The notes under the pieces were generated by a model, which was given only the letters and a program-made list of their open reading frames with translations, was not told the DNA's origin and ran no database searches. DNA of 64,000 nucleotides, from contig JAKFVT010000043.1 in the NCBI GenBank assembly GCA_021732005.1, forward strand, positions 606 through 64,605. The letters run 5' to 3'. Below, piece by piece: positions 20,450 through 30,484 of the stretch. Numbering within the stretch: the first letter of the stretch is position 1; every line of letters begins with the position of its first letter. The position numbers and the translations under genes were made by a program. This stretch comes from Mycobacterium sp. (GTDB lineage: Bacteria; Actinomycetota; Actinomycetes; Mycobacteriales; Mycobacteriaceae).

Positions 20450-21648
20450 TGAAGCTGGCCGGCGAGGCCGCGATCGTCGGGATCGCCGAGCTGCCCGCCG
20501 AACGCAAGCCCACCGGTCCCGGACTGTTCACCCTCGACCAGTACGCGGCGCTGACGAAGCTGGTGCTCGACGATGCCGGGCTGGACGCGAGCGTGGTCAA
20601 CGGGCTGATCTCCCACGGCCTGGCTGAATCGGACATGTTCGTGCCGGCGACGCTGTCCGAATACCTGGGGTTGCCCATCGATTTCGGTGAGCGGGTGGAC
20701 CTGGGCGGTGCGACCTCGGCGGCCATGGTGTGGCGCGCGGCCGTCGCCGTCGAGCTCGGGCTGTGCGACGCGGTGCTGGCCGTGCTGCCCGGGTCGCGGG
20801 CTCTCCCGCGATCGGTTCGGCGGGAATCGGTCGCGCCGAGTTGGTTTGGGGCGTCGAGCAACAACTTCGGATCGCCACAGGCCGAATACGAGATCCCGTA
20901 CGGCAACGTCGGGCAGAACGCCCCGTTCGCCCAGATCGCCCAACGGTACGGCGCGCAGTACGGCTATGACCCGTCGGCGCTGGCCAAGATCGTGGTGGAC
21001 CAGCGCACCAACGCCTGCGCGCACCCCGGTGCGGTCTTCCACGGCAAGCCGATCACCGAAGCGGACGTGCTCGCCAGCCCGATGATCGCCGACCCGATCC
21101 GCATGCTGGAGATCGTCATGCCCGTCCACGGCGGTACCGGGGTACTGATCGCCAACGCCGATCTGGCCCGCAAGAGCCGTCACCGCCCGGTGTGGATCAA
21201 GGGTTTCGGTGAGCACATCGCCTTCAAGACCACAACGTATGCACAGGAGCCGATGGTCACGCCCATCGCCCGCTCGGCCGGGCGCGCGTTCGCGATGGCC
21301 GGGCTCACACCGGCCGACGTCGACATCGCCTCGGTCTACGACTGCTACACGATCACGGTGCTGATGACCCTGGAGGACGCCGGATTCTGCCCGAAGGGCC
21401 AGGGCATGAGCTGGATCAAGGACCGCGACCTCACCTTCCGCGGCGACTTCCCGCTCAACACCGCCGGCGGGCAGCTGTCCTACGGGCAGGCCGGGATGTC
21501 AGGCGGCATGCACCACGTGGTCGACGCCGCCCGCCAGTTGATGGGCCGCTCGGCGGCGGCGCAGGTTCGCGACGCCAACACCGCGTTCGTCGCCGGGACC
21601 GGCGGGATCATGAGTGAGCAGGTGGCATTGGTGTTGGGGGGCGACTGA
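20449..21648 (+). CDS. Thiolase-fold lipid-transfer-protein family enzyme (Ltp-like), lacking the nucleophile Cys
   Basis: AAIVGIAE, VYDCYT, NTAGGQLS; GGATS at the usual Cys position. Confidence 0.88.
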   Translation: MKLAGEAAIVGIAELPAERKPTGPGLFTLDQYAALTKLVLDDAGLDASVVNGLISHGLAESDMFVPATLSEYLGLPIDFGERVDLGGATSAAMVWRAAVAVELGLCDAVLAVLPGSRALPRSVRRESVAPSWFGASSNNFGSPQAEYEIPYGNVGQNAPFAQIAQRYGAQYGYDPSALAKIVVDQRTNACAHPGAVFHGKPITEADVLASPMIADPIRMLEIVMPVHGGTGVLIANADLARKSRHRPVWIKGFGEHIAFKTTTYAQEPMVTPIARSAGRAFAMAGLTPADVDIASVYDCYTITVLMTLEDAGFCPKGQGMSWIKDRDLTFRGDFPLNTAGGQLSYGQAGMSGGMHHVVDAARQLMGRSAAAQVRDANTAFVAGTGGIMSEQVALVLGGD

Positions 21649-22061
21649 TGGCCGAGCCGATGCCCGTTCCCGAACCCACGCCGGTGTCGCAGCCGTTCTG
21701 GGATGCGCTGGCCCAGCACCGGATCCTGGTGCAGTACTCACCGTCGGCCGGCCGTTACGTGTTCTATCCGCGGACGCTTGCCCCGGGAACCCTGGCCGAT
21801 GACCTGGAGTGGCGCGAGATCGACGGCGCCGCAACGCTGTACACCTATACGGTGGCCCGCCGTCCGACCGGTCCGCCGTGGGCCGACGCACTGCCGCAGC
21901 TTCCCGCCGTAGTGCAGTGGGATGTCGGACCGCGGTTCTCCACCGAGCTGGTGGATGTCGACCCCGAGAACATCCGGATCGGGATGCGGGTCACCCCGGT
22001 GTTCTGCGATCTCCCCGGCACCGGGATGACCCTGCTGCGCTACCGCCCGGCCGACGCATGA
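21648..22061 (+). CDS. DUF35 OB-fold partner protein with a Cys-less 'Zn-ribbon'
   Basis: PFWDAL, LYTYTV, IRIGMRVTPVF. Confidence 0.85.
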   Translation: MAEPMPVPEPTPVSQPFWDALAQHRILVQYSPSAGRYVFYPRTLAPGTLADDLEWREIDGAATLYTYTVARRPTGPPWADALPQLPAVVQWDVGPRFSTELVDVDPENIRIGMRVTPVFCDLPGTGMTLLRYRPADA

Positions 22062-23650
22062 TCGACACCGTCCAGAAGCTGTTGCGCACTCGCGTGGACG
22101 ATGACTCCGTCGCGGTGATCTCACCGGAACGCACCTGGACGTGGCGCGAGTACCTGGCCGACGCCGCAGCCGAGGCCTCCGCACTTATGGCTCTTGTCGA
22201 TCCGGCACGGCCGAGACACGTCGGTGCGCTGATGACGAATTCGCCGGCCTACGTGCGGGCGATGGCGGCCGCCGCGCTCGGCGGCTATGTGCTGTGCGGT
22301 ATCAACACCACTCGCCGCGGTGAGGGCCTGATGTCGGACATCACCCGCTCGGATTGCCAGCTGCTACTGGTCGACGACGACCATGCCCCGTTGATCGAAG
22401 GACTGGACCTCTCGGGCGTCACCGTGCTGAACGTGGCAGGCCCGCGCTACACCGAAGCCGTGGGAAGAGCGAAACCGCTTGTGCCGCATGAGGTCGCCGG
22501 TACCGATCCGTTCATGATGATCTTCACCTCCGGCACCAGCGGCAACCCCAAGGCGGTGCCCTTCGTCCACACGATGAGCGTGATGTGCGGTCTGAGCCTG
22601 GTGGCTCAGATGGACATCACCGCCGAGGACGTGTGCTACCTCGCGATGCCGCTGTTCCACTCCAATGGGGTGGCCGTCGGCTTCTCGGTCGCGGTCACCG
22701 CCGGAGCGGCGATGGTGCCAGTGAAGTTCTCGGTGTCACGGTTGCTGCCGGATCTACGCCACTACGGCGTGACCTTCATGAACTACGTCGGTAAGCCGCT
22801 GGCGCTGGTGCTGGCCACCCCCGAGCAGCCCGACGATGCCGACAACCCGCTGCGCATCATGTACGGCAACGAGGCCACCGAACGCGACATCGCGGAATTC
22901 TCACGGCGTTTCGGCTGCCGCATCATCGACGGCTTCGGCTCCAGCGAGTTCGCCGTCGTTGTAGTCCGCGAGGACGGCACCCCGCCCGGCTCGATCGGCA
23001 AGGGCTGGGGTGGGGTGTCGATCTATGATCCCGATACCGTGACCGAGTGTGCCACCGCAGTTTTCGACGACAGCGGCGCCCTGGTCAATGCCGACGACGC
23101 GGTCGGGGAGTTGGTCAACACCACCGGCTCCGGACCGTTCACCGGCTACTACAACGACCCGGCGGCCACCTCCGAGCGGCTCCGGCACGGCATGTACTGG
23201 ACCGGTGACCTCGCCTACCGCGACGCTGACGGCTGGATCTATCTCGCCGGCCGGACGTCGGACTGGATGCGGGTCGACGGGGAGAACATGGCGGCCGCAC
23301 CGATCGAGCGGATCATGTTGCGGCTGCCGCAACTCAACCAGGTCGCGGTGTACGCCGTGCCCGACGAGCGGGTGGGTGATCAGGTGATGGCGGCAATTGT
23401 TCTGCGCCACGGCCAGTCGGTCACTCCTGGGGAGCTCGAGGAGTTTCTGGCCGCCCAGCCCGATCTGTCGCCGAAGGCTTGGCCGAGGTTCGTCCGCATC
23501 AACGACGATCTGCCACAGACCGCCACCAACAAGATCCTCAAGCGGGAACTGAGCGCCGCAGGTGTGACCGCCGGTGGCGGCGTGCTGTGGGAGCGCGAAC
23601 CGCGCGAGACCAGCTACCGGGTCAGCGCGCGAACATCAACGCGCGCTTGA
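22058..23650 (+). CDS. Acyl-CoA synthetase (FadD1/FadD17-like)
   Basis: IFTSGTSGNPKAV, MPLFHSN, DGFGSSE, YWTGDL, GRTSDWMRVDGEN. Confidence 0.9.
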   Translation: MIDTVQKLLRTRVDDDSVAVISPERTWTWREYLADAAAEASALMALVDPARPRHVGALMTNSPAYVRAMAAAALGGYVLCGINTTRRGEGLMSDITRSDCQLLLVDDDHAPLIEGLDLSGVTVLNVAGPRYTEAVGRAKPLVPHEVAGTDPFMMIFTSGTSGNPKAVPFVHTMSVMCGLSLVAQMDITAEDVCYLAMPLFHSNGVAVGFSVAVTAGAAMVPVKFSVSRLLPDLRHYGVTFMNYVGKPLALVLATPEQPDDADNPLRIMYGNEATERDIAEFSRRFGCRIIDGFGSSEFAVVVVREDGTPPGSIGKGWGGVSIYDPDTVTECATAVFDDSGALVNADDAVGELVNTTGSGPFTGYYNDPAATSERLRHGMYWTGDLAYRDADGWIYLAGRTSDWMRVDGENMAAAPIERIMLRLPQLNQVAVYAVPDERVGDQVMAAIVLRHGQSVTPGELEEFLAAQPDLSPKAWPRFVRINDDLPQTATNKILKRELSAAGVTAGGGVLWEREPRETSYRVSARTSTRA

Positions 23651-24425
23651 CCTCCTGGATGGCCTTCGTGACCTCGATGCCGCGTGGGCAGGCGTCGGTG
23701 CAGTTGAACGTGGTGCGGCAGCGCCAGACTCCGTCGACGTCGTTGAGGATGTCGAGGCGCTCGGCGGCGCCCTCGTCGCGGCTGTCGAAGATGAACCGGT
23801 GCGCGTTCACGATCGCGGCAGGCCCGAAGTACGACCCTTCGCTCCAGTACACCGGGCAGCTGGTGGTGCAGCACGCGCACAGGATGCACTTGGTGGTGTC
23901 GTCGTAGCGGGCGCGGTCGGTCGGGCTCTGAATACGTTCCCGGGTGGGCGCATTACCCGAGGTGATCAGGTAGGGCTTGACCGCGCGGTAGGCGTCGAAG
24001 AACGGCTCCATGTTGACCACCAAGTCCTTCTCCACGGCCAGGCCGCGGATCGGCTCGATGGTGATGGTGAGTGGCTTGTCCTTAGGAGCGGAGCCCGCGG
24101 AGCGACCACGGGCCGGGGCTGGGAGCAGGTCGCGCATCAGCACCTTGCAGGCCAGCCGGTTGACGCCGTTGATCCGCATCGCATCCGACCCGCACACCCC
24201 GTGGGCGCAGGAGCGGCGGAAGGTCAGCGTGCCGTCCAGGTAGCTCTTCACATAGATCAGCAGGTTCAGCAGGCGGTCGCTCGGCAGACACGGCACCCGG
24301 AAGCTCTGGTAGCCGGCGCTGTCGGGATCCTCCGGGTTGAACCGCGCGATCTTCAGCGTCACCATCACGGCCCCGTCCGGAATCGGCGGCAGGGCGGGCT
24401 CTTTAACGTCAGGTGCGATCGTCAT
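23622..24425 (-). CDS. sdhB: Succinate dehydrogenase iron-sulfur subunit (Sdh2)
   Basis: RSCAHGVCGSDA, CILCACCTTSCP, CRTTFNCTDACP. Confidence 0.97.
   Translation of the reverse strand: MTIAPDVKEPALPPIPDGAVMVTLKIARFNPEDPDSAGYQSFRVPCLPSDRLLNLLIYVKSYLDGTLTFRRSCAHGVCGSDAMRINGVNRLACKVLMRDLLPAPARGRSAGSAPKDKPLTITIEPIRGLAVEKDLVVNMEPFFDAYRAVKPYLITSGNAPTRERIQSPTDRARYDDTTKCILCACCTTSCPVYWSEGSYFGPAAIVNAHRFIFDSRDEGAAERLDILNDVDGVWRCRTTFNCTDACPRGIEVTKAIQEVKRALMFAR
24084..24119 (-). repeat. ~36-nt in-frame insertion in sdhB (APARGRSAGSAP), related to the deoA insertion
   Basis: Coding strand CCCGTGGTCGCTCCGCGGGCTCCGCTCCT versus deoA CCCGGGTCGCTGCGCTCCT. Boundaries approximate. Confidence 0.55.
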
Positions 24426-26179
24426 CAGTACTTGCGCTCCATCGGCTCGTAACGGGTCTGCACGACGGGCTTGTAGTCCAGTCGGATGTCGCTGAGTAGA
24501 TCCGAACCTTCCTTGTACGCCATCGTGTGCCGCATGTAGTTGGTGTCGTCGCGGTTGGGGTAGTCCTCCCGGGCGTGGCCGCCGCGGGATTCCTTGCGGT
24601 TCAACGCGCCGACGACGGTCACCTCGGCCAGCTCCAGCAGGAAGCCCAGCTCGATGGCCTCGAGCAGGTCGCTGTTGTACCGCTTTCCCTTGTCGTGCAC
24701 GCTGATTCGGGCGTAGCGCTCCTTGAGGGAATGGATGTCGGTGAGTGCCTGCTTGAGGGTCTCCTCGGTGCGGAACACCGCGGCGTTGTTGTCCATCGAC
24801 TGCTGCAGTGCACTGCGGATGTCGGCCACCCGCTCGTTGCCGTGCTCGCTGAGGATGTCGGAGACCCAGTTGACGACCATGCCGGCCGGCTGCTCGGGCA
24901 GGTCGACGAAATCGTGGCCGAGGGCGTAGTTGGCGGCCGAGATCCCGGCGCGACGGCCGAAGACGTTGATATCCAGCAGCGAGTTGGTGCCCAGGCGGTT
25001 GGCTCCGTGCACCGACACGCACGCGCATTCGCCCGCTGCGTAGAGACCGGGCACGGTGGTGTTGTTGTCCCGCAACACCTGTCCGGTGATCGTGGTCGGG
25101 ATGCCGCCCATCACGTAGTGGCAGGTGGGGTAGACCGGCACCAGTTCCTTGACCGGATCCACGCCGAGATAGGTGCGGGCGAACTCGGTGATGTCGGGCA
25201 GCTTGGCTTCCAGAACATCCGCGCCGAGGTGGCGGACGTCGATGTAGACGTAGTCCTTGTGCGGTCCGGCGCCGCGGCCCTCCAGCACCTCGAGAACCAT
25301 CGAGCGGGCGACGATGTCGCGTGGCGCCAGGTCGACGATGGTGGGGGCGTAGCGCTCCATGAAGCGCTCGCCTTCGCCATTGAGCAACCGGCCGCCCTCG
25401 CCGCGGACGGCTTCGGAGATGAGAATCCCCAAGCCGGCCAGGCCGGTCGGGTGGAACTGGTGAAACTCCATGTCCTCCAAGGGAAGACCCTTGCGGAAGA
25501 TGATGCCCAGGCCGTCGCCGGTCAGCGTGTGGGCGTTGGAGGTCGTCTTGTACATCCGGCCCGAGCCACCGGTGGCGAACACGATGGCCTTGGCGTGGAA
25601 GACGTGGATGTCGCCGGTGGCGAGTTCGTACGCCACCACACCGCTGGCCACCGGCCCGCTGGGGGTCTCGGTCAGCACCAGGTCGAGGGCATAGAACTCG
25701 TTGAAGAACTCCACATCATGCTTGACGCAGTTTTGGTACAGCGTCTGCAGGATCATGTGGCCGGTGCGGTCGGCGGCGTAGCACGCCCGGCGCACCGGAG
25801 CCTTGCCGTGATCGCGGGTATGCCCGCCGAAGCGGCGCTGGTCGATGCGTCCCTCCGGGGTGCGGTTGAACGGCATGCCCATCTTCTCGAGATCGAGCAC
25901 CGCGTCGATGGCTTCCTTGCACATGATCTCGACGGCGTCCTGGTCGGCGAGGTAGTCGCCGCCCTTGACCGTGTCGAAGGTGTGCCACTCCCAGTTGTCC
26001 TCTTCGACATTGGCCAGCGCGGCGCACATGCCGCCCTGGGCGGCACCGGTGTGCGATCGGGTGGGGTACAGCTTGGTCAGCACCGCGGTCCGCGCCCGGG
26101 GGCCGGCTTCGACGGCGGCGCGCATGCCGGCCCCGCCTGCCCCGACGATGACCACGTCGTAGCGGTGTTCGGTAATCAT
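24425..26179 (-). CDS. sdhA: Succinate dehydrogenase flavoprotein subunit (Sdh2)
   Basis: GAGGAG, RSHTGAAQGG (FAD-His), QFHPTG, HYVMGG, HGANRLGTNSL. Confidence 0.98.
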   Translation of the reverse strand: MITEHRYDVVIVGAGGAGMRAAVEAGPRARTAVLTKLYPTRSHTGAAQGGMCAALANVEEDNWEWHTFDTVKGGDYLADQDAVEIMCKEAIDAVLDLEKMGMPFNRTPEGRIDQRRFGGHTRDHGKAPVRRACYAADRTGHMILQTLYQNCVKHDVEFFNEFYALDLVLTETPSGPVASGVVAYELATGDIHVFHAKAIVFATGGSGRMYKTTSNAHTLTGDGLGIIFRKGLPLEDMEFHQFHPTGLAGLGILISEAVRGEGGRLLNGEGERFMERYAPTIVDLAPRDIVARSMVLEVLEGRGAGPHKDYVYIDVRHLGADVLEAKLPDITEFARTYLGVDPVKELVPVYPTCHYVMGGIPTTITGQVLRDNNTTVPGLYAAGECACVSVHGANRLGTNSLLDINVFGRRAGISAANYALGHDFVDLPEQPAGMVVNWVSDILSEHGNERVADIRSALQQSMDNNAAVFRTEETLKQALTDIHSLKERYARISVHDKGKRYNSDLLEAIELGFLLELAEVTVVGALNRKESRGGHAREDYPNRDDTNYMRHTMAYKEGSDLLSDIRLDYKPVVQTRYEPMERKY

Positions 26180-26197
26180 TTTCGCCTCGAAGTGCTT

Positions 26198-26659
26198 CTA
26201 GGAGATGTTGGGATTGAAGGTGAGCAGGACGTAGGTGCCCACCACCAACGTGATGAGCATCGAGATCACCAGCAGGGAGTTCAGCCAGAACTTGGTGGAG
26301 TCCTTGCGGGCGTAGTCGCCGATGATCGTGCGGATCCCGTTGCCGCCGTGCAGTTGAGCCAGCCACAGCAGCAGCAGGTCCCAGGTCTGCCAGAACGGCG
26401 AGGCCCAGCGCTGGGCGACGTAGTTGAAGTCGATCCGATAGACGCCGCCGTCCCACATCAGCCCGATGAAAAGGTGACCGAGCGCCAGGAAGATCAGGAC
26501 GACGCCGGAGAACCGCATGAACAGCCACGCGTACTTCTCGAAGTTCGGCATGCCGGACCGCCGCCGCGGGGCGCGCGGGTTGTCCAGGCCGGCCGGGCGG
26601 TCGTGGGTGCGTTCCATGATCGGAGCGGGCGGTCCCAGCCGGCTCTCGGGCGCGCTCAC
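26198..26659 (-). CDS. sdhD: Succinate dehydrogenase hydrophobic anchor subunit
   Basis: NFEKYAWLFMRFSG, LHGGNG; GTG overlaps the sdhC stop. Confidence 0.93.
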   Translation of the reverse strand: MSAPESRLGPPAPIMERTHDRPAGLDNPRAPRRRSGMPNFEKYAWLFMRFSGVVLIFLALGHLFIGLMWDGGVYRIDFNYVAQRWASPFWQTWDLLLLWLAQLHGGNGIRTIIGDYARKDSTKFWLNSLLVISMLITLVVGTYVLLTFNPNIS

Positions 26660-27078
26660 AGGAACCGCTCCGCCATGTGCATGCCGATGATCACCAGGGA
26701 AGGCACCATCACCAGCAGCCAGACCGCGGCCACACCCCACAGCATCTGCCGCTGATAGCGGGGGCCCTTCCACCAGAAGTCGATCAGGATGATCCGCACG
26801 CCGTTGAGTGCGTGATACAGCAGCGCGGCCACCAGGCCGATCTCCATCAGACCGATGATCGGCGTCTTGTAGGTCTCGACGACCTCGTTGTAGGCCTGCG
26901 GGCTGACCCGTACCAACGCGGTGTCCAGGACGTGGACGAAGAGGAAGAAGAAGATCGTGGTTCCGGTGATGCGATGCAGCACCCACGACCACATTCCGGG
27001 GTCACCGCGGTAAAGGGTGCGCCGTCGCCTCGTCGACTTGTCGCGCGGGGCCGGCACGACCGGTGCCGCTGTACTCAT
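26656..27078 (-). CDS. sdhC: Succinate dehydrogenase cytochrome b556 subunit
   Basis: GMWSWVLHRITG, YHALNGVR. Confidence 0.95.
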   Translation of the reverse strand: MSTAAPVVPAPRDKSTRRRRTLYRGDPGMWSWVLHRITGTTIFFFLFVHVLDTALVRVSPQAYNEVVETYKTPIIGLMEIGLVAALLYHALNGVRIILIDFWWKGPRYQRQMLWGVAAVWLLVMVPSLVIIGMHMAERFL

Positions 27079-27261
27079 TCAGCGCCTCCAACACCATCGT
27101 TGCGTTATGGATTGGACTCTAACTCCGTTTGTACGGTCAAAAGAATTACGGTGCAGGGACAAGATGCGGCTTTTCGGCCTATTCGGCCGGTGCGGCCGGT
27201 GGGTGACAAGCGGGGCGAGGCGGTTGGTGAATGCATTCAGTACGGGTGTGGTGCGTGACGC

Positions 27262-27675
27262 ATGACCACTGAGATCGAATGGAAATCGCTGCGCGACAAA
27301 GCAATCGAGGTTGCTGCTCGCGCCTATGCGCCGTACTCCGGATTCCCGGTCGGGGCTGCGGCGCTGGTCGATGACGGTCGCGTGGTCACCGGCTGCAATG
27401 TGGAGAATGTCTCATATGGCCTAGGTCTCTGTGCCGAGTGCGCGGTGGTCTGCGCATTGGTATCCGGCGGCGGCGGACGACTGCGGGCCGTGGCTGTCGT
27501 CGACGCCACCGGGGCCGCCCTGATGCCCTGCGGGCGATGTCGTCAACTGTTGCTCGAGCACGGTGGGCCGGAGTTGCTCGTCGATCACGCGGAGGGTCCG
27601 CGCCGGCTGGCCGAACTGTTGCCCGACGCGTTCGGCCCCGCTGACCTGGCCCGGGTGGAACGGGAAAAGCCGTGA
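27262..27675 (+). CDS. cdd: Cytidine deaminase
   Basis: AYAPYSGFPVGAA, CAE, PCGRCRQ. Confidence 0.95.
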   Translation: MTTEIEWKSLRDKAIEVAARAYAPYSGFPVGAAALVDDGRVVTGCNVENVSYGLGLCAECAVVCALVSGGGGRLRAVAVVDATGAALMPCGRCRQLLLEHGGPELLVDHAEGPRRLAELLPDAFGPADLARVEREKP

Positions 27676-28994
27676 CGCAGTTCACATTCGACGCGCCGAC
27701 GGTCATCCGGGTCAAACGAGACGGCGGCCGGTTGAGCGACGAGGCCATCGATTGGGTGATCGACGCCTACACCCATGGCAGGGTCGCCGACGAACAGATG
27801 TCGGCGCTGCTGATGGCGATCTTCCTGCGCGGGATGGATCGCGGCGAGATCTCCCGGTGGACTTTCGCGATGATCGCCTCGGGCGAGCGCCTGGACTTCA
27901 GCGATCTGGGCCGCCCCACGGTGGACAAACATTCGACCGGCGGTGTGGGCGACAAGATCACCATTCCGCTGGTGCCCGTCATCGCCGCCTGCGGTGCGGC
28001 GGTTCCGCAGGCCGCGGGCCGGGGACTCGGGCACACCGGGGGCACCCTGGACAAGCTGGAATCGATTCCGGGGTTCACTGCCGAGATTTCCAAAGCCCAA
28101 GTGCGCCAGCAGTTGTCCGAGATCGGTGCGGCGATATTCGCCGCCGGCGAGCTGGCGCCCGCGGACCGGAAGATCTACGCGCTGCGGGATGTCACCGGCA
28201 CGGTGGAGTCGCTGCCGTTGATCGCCAGCTCGGTGATGAGCAAGAAGCTGGCCGAAGGTGCCGGCGCGCTGGTGCTCGACGTGAAGGTCGGCCGCGGTGC
28301 CTTCTTGAAAACGGAAGAGGAGTCGAGGGAACTGGCGGCCACCATGGTGGAGCTGGGCCTGGCCCACGGGGTGCCGACCGTTGCCGTCCTGACCGATATG
28401 GACGTCCCACTCGGGCGTACGGTCGGCAATGCCCTGGAGGTCGCCGAGTCACTGGAGGTGCTGGCCGGCGGTGGACCCGACGACGTCGTTGAGCTGACGG
28501 TCCGGCTGGCGGGGGAGATGCTGGCGCTTGCCGGGATCGACGGTCGCGATCCGGCCGAGACCCTGCGCGACGGCACCGCGATGGATCGTTTCCGCGCGCT
28601 GGTCACCGCGCAGGGCGGCGACGTTCACGCACAGCTTCCGATCGGTGCCCATTCCGAGACCGTGCCGGCACCGCGAGGCGGCACAATGGGTGACATCGAC
28701 GCATTGGCGATGGGGCTTGCCGTCTGGCGACTCGGCGCGGGCCGGGCCGCCCCGGGTCAGCCTGTGCAATTCGGCGCCGGCGTGCGCATCCACCGCAGGC
28801 CCGGCGAGCCGGTCAGCGCGGGTGAGCCGCTGTTCACCCTCTACACCGACACCCCGGAGCGGATCCCCGCCGCGATGGGTGAGTTGGACGGTGCCTTCTC
28901 CGTCGTCGACGTGCCGCCGGAATCTCTTCCCGGGTCGCTGCGCTCCTGCCCGCCGAGGCCACGCCCGCTCATCATCGATCGGATCGCCCGATGA
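27672..28994 (+). CDS. deoA: Thymidine phosphorylase
   Basis: [36 protein letters not shown]. Confidence 0.95.
   Translation: MTQFTFDAPTVIRVKRDGGRLSDEAIDWVIDAYTHGRVADEQMSALLMAIFLRGMDRGEISRWTFAMIASGERLDFSDLGRPTVDKHSTGGVGDKITIPLVPVIAACGAAVPQAAGRGLGHTGGTLDKLESIPGFTAEISKAQVRQQLSEIGAAIFAAGELAPADRKIYALRDVTGTVESLPLIASSVMSKKLAEGAGALVLDVKVGRGAFLKTEEESRELAATMVELGLAHGVPTVAVLTDMDVPLGRTVGNALEVAESLEVLAGGGPDDVVELTVRLAGEMLALAGIDGRDPAETLRDGTAMDRFRALVTAQGGDVHAQLPIGAHSETVPAPRGGTMGDIDALAMGLAVWRLGAGRAAPGQPVQFGAGVRIHRRPGEPVSAGEPLFTLYTDTPERIPAAMGELDGAFSVVDVPPESLPGSLRSCPPRPRPLIIDRIAR
28914..28955 (+). repeat. 36-nt in-frame insertion near the deoA 3' end, bracketed by a CCGCCG direct repeat
   Basis: CCGCCG at 28914-28919 and 28950-28955; the insert adds [12 protein letters not shown]. 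Confidence 0.6.
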
Positions 28995-30079
28995 CCACAC
29001 CGCTGACCCTGCCGATGATCGGCCGAGCACCCAAGGCCCTGCTGCACGACCACCTCGACGGGGGTCTGCGCCCGGCGACCGTCCTCGATATCGCCGGCCA
29101 GGTCGGGTACGACGGGTTGCCGGCCACCGACGATGCCGGACTGGCCGAGTTCTTCCGCACCGCCGCGCACAGCGGGTCGCTGGTGCGCTACCTCGAACCC
29201 TTCGCGCACACCGTTGCCGTCATGCAGACCCCCGAGTCCTTACATCGGGTGGCGTTCGAATGCGTGGAGGACCTGGCGGCCGACAACGTGGTGTACGCCG
29301 AGGTGCGGTTCGCCCCGGAACTGCACATCGACCGCGGGTTGTCGCTCGACGCGGTGGTCGACGCGGTGCTGGCCGGCTTCGCTGACGGGGAGAAGGCCGC
29401 CGCAGCCGACGGGCGCCCGATCGTGGTGCGCTGCCTCGTGACCGCGATGCGCCACGCCGCGCGATCACGGGAGATCGCGGCGCTGGCGATCCGGTTCCGC
29501 GACAAGGGGGTGGTCGGGTTCGACATCGCCGGTGCGGAGGCCGGCTATCCACCCACTCGCCACCTCGACGCGTTCGAGTACATGCGAAGTAACAACGCGC
29601 GCTTCACGATTCACGCCGGTGAGGCGTTCGGCCTGCCGTCCATCCACGAGGCGCTGGCCTACTGTGGGGCCGACCGGCTGGGTCACGGTGTACGCATCGT
29701 CGACGACATCGAGGTGGGGCCGGACGGCACGGCGCGCCTCGGCTCGCTGGCGGCGATCCTGCGCGACAAGCGAATCCCGCTCGAGCTGTGCCCGAGTTCC
29801 AACGTCCAGACCGGCGCGGTGCCGAGCATCGCCAGCCATCCCTTCGACCTGCTCGCACGGCTGCGGTTCCGCGTCACCGTCAACACCGACAACCGCCTGA
29901 TGAGCGACACCACCATGAGCCAGGAGATGGCCCGGCTGGTCGATGCGTTCGGCTACGGGTGGAGCGATCTGGAGCGGTTCACCATCAATGCGATGAAATC
30001 GGCGTTCATCCACTTCGATGAGCGGCTGGCCATCATCGACGAGGTGATCAAACCGCGCTATGCGGTCTTGATCGGCTGA
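28991..30079 (+). CDS. add: Adenosine deaminase
   Basis: [26 protein letters not shown]. Confidence 0.96.
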   Translation: MTTPLTLPMIGRAPKALLHDHLDGGLRPATVLDIAGQVGYDGLPATDDAGLAEFFRTAAHSGSLVRYLEPFAHTVAVMQTPESLHRVAFECVEDLAADNVVYAEVRFAPELHIDRGLSLDAVVDAVLAGFADGEKAAAADGRPIVVRCLVTAMRHAARSREIAALAIRFRDKGVVGFDIAGAEAGYPPTRHLDAFEYMRSNNARFTIHAGEAFGLPSIHEALAYCGADRLGHGVRIVDDIEVGPDGTARLGSLAAILRDKRIPLELCPSSNVQTGAVPSIASHPFDLLARLRFRVTVNTDNRLMSDTTMSQEMARLVDAFGYGWSDLERFTINAMKSAFIHFDERLAIIDEVIKPRYAVLIG

Positions 30080-30393
30080 GGTTTGTCCGAGCCGACCAAC
30101 GCCTGGCTGAGCACTCGCAGCGCATCACTGTCGCGTGCGGGGGAGTAGTAGACGAACGTGCCTTCGCGCCGGCTTTTCACCAGGCCCGCCAGCCGCAGTT
30201 TGGCCAGGTGCTGGCTGACCACGGTGGGCGCCGCCCCGGCCAGCTCGGCCAGGCAGGCCACCGACGACTCGCCCTGCAGCAAGGCCCAGAGCACCTTGAT
30301 CCGAGTCGGGTCACTCAGCATCCGGAAGGTGTCCGCGGCCTGATTCACCTCGTCCTCGGTCGGCATCGAGAACCCCGGAATCGATGTGTGCAC
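30058..30393 (-). CDS. ArsR/SmtB family repressor (KmtR-like N-terminal part)
   Basis: [30 protein letters not shown]; TAGACT -10 six nt before the GTG. Confidence 0.88.
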   Translation of the reverse strand: MHTSIPGFSMPTEDEVNQAADTFRMLSDPTRIKVLWALLQGESSVACLAELAGAAPTVVSQHLAKLRLAGLVKSRREGTFVYYSPARDSDALRVLSQALVGSDKPQPIKTA

Positions 30394-30432
30394 GACGCGA
30401 GTCTAGCTTCCGTTGGCCCTGGTAGCGCAGAC

Positions 30433-30472
30433 ATCTGCATACTTGTTTGCGAATATGCACGAATATGCAGAT
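30433..30472. promoter_or_regulatory. Candidate ArsR operator: 9-bp inverted repeat with internal direct repeats
   Basis: ATCTGCATA (30433-41) and TATGCAGAT (30464-72); GAATATGCA at 30451 and 30461; touches the TATGCT -10 (30472-77) of the ATPase gene. Confidence 0.7.
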
Positions 30473-30484
30473 ATGCTTGGCGCC

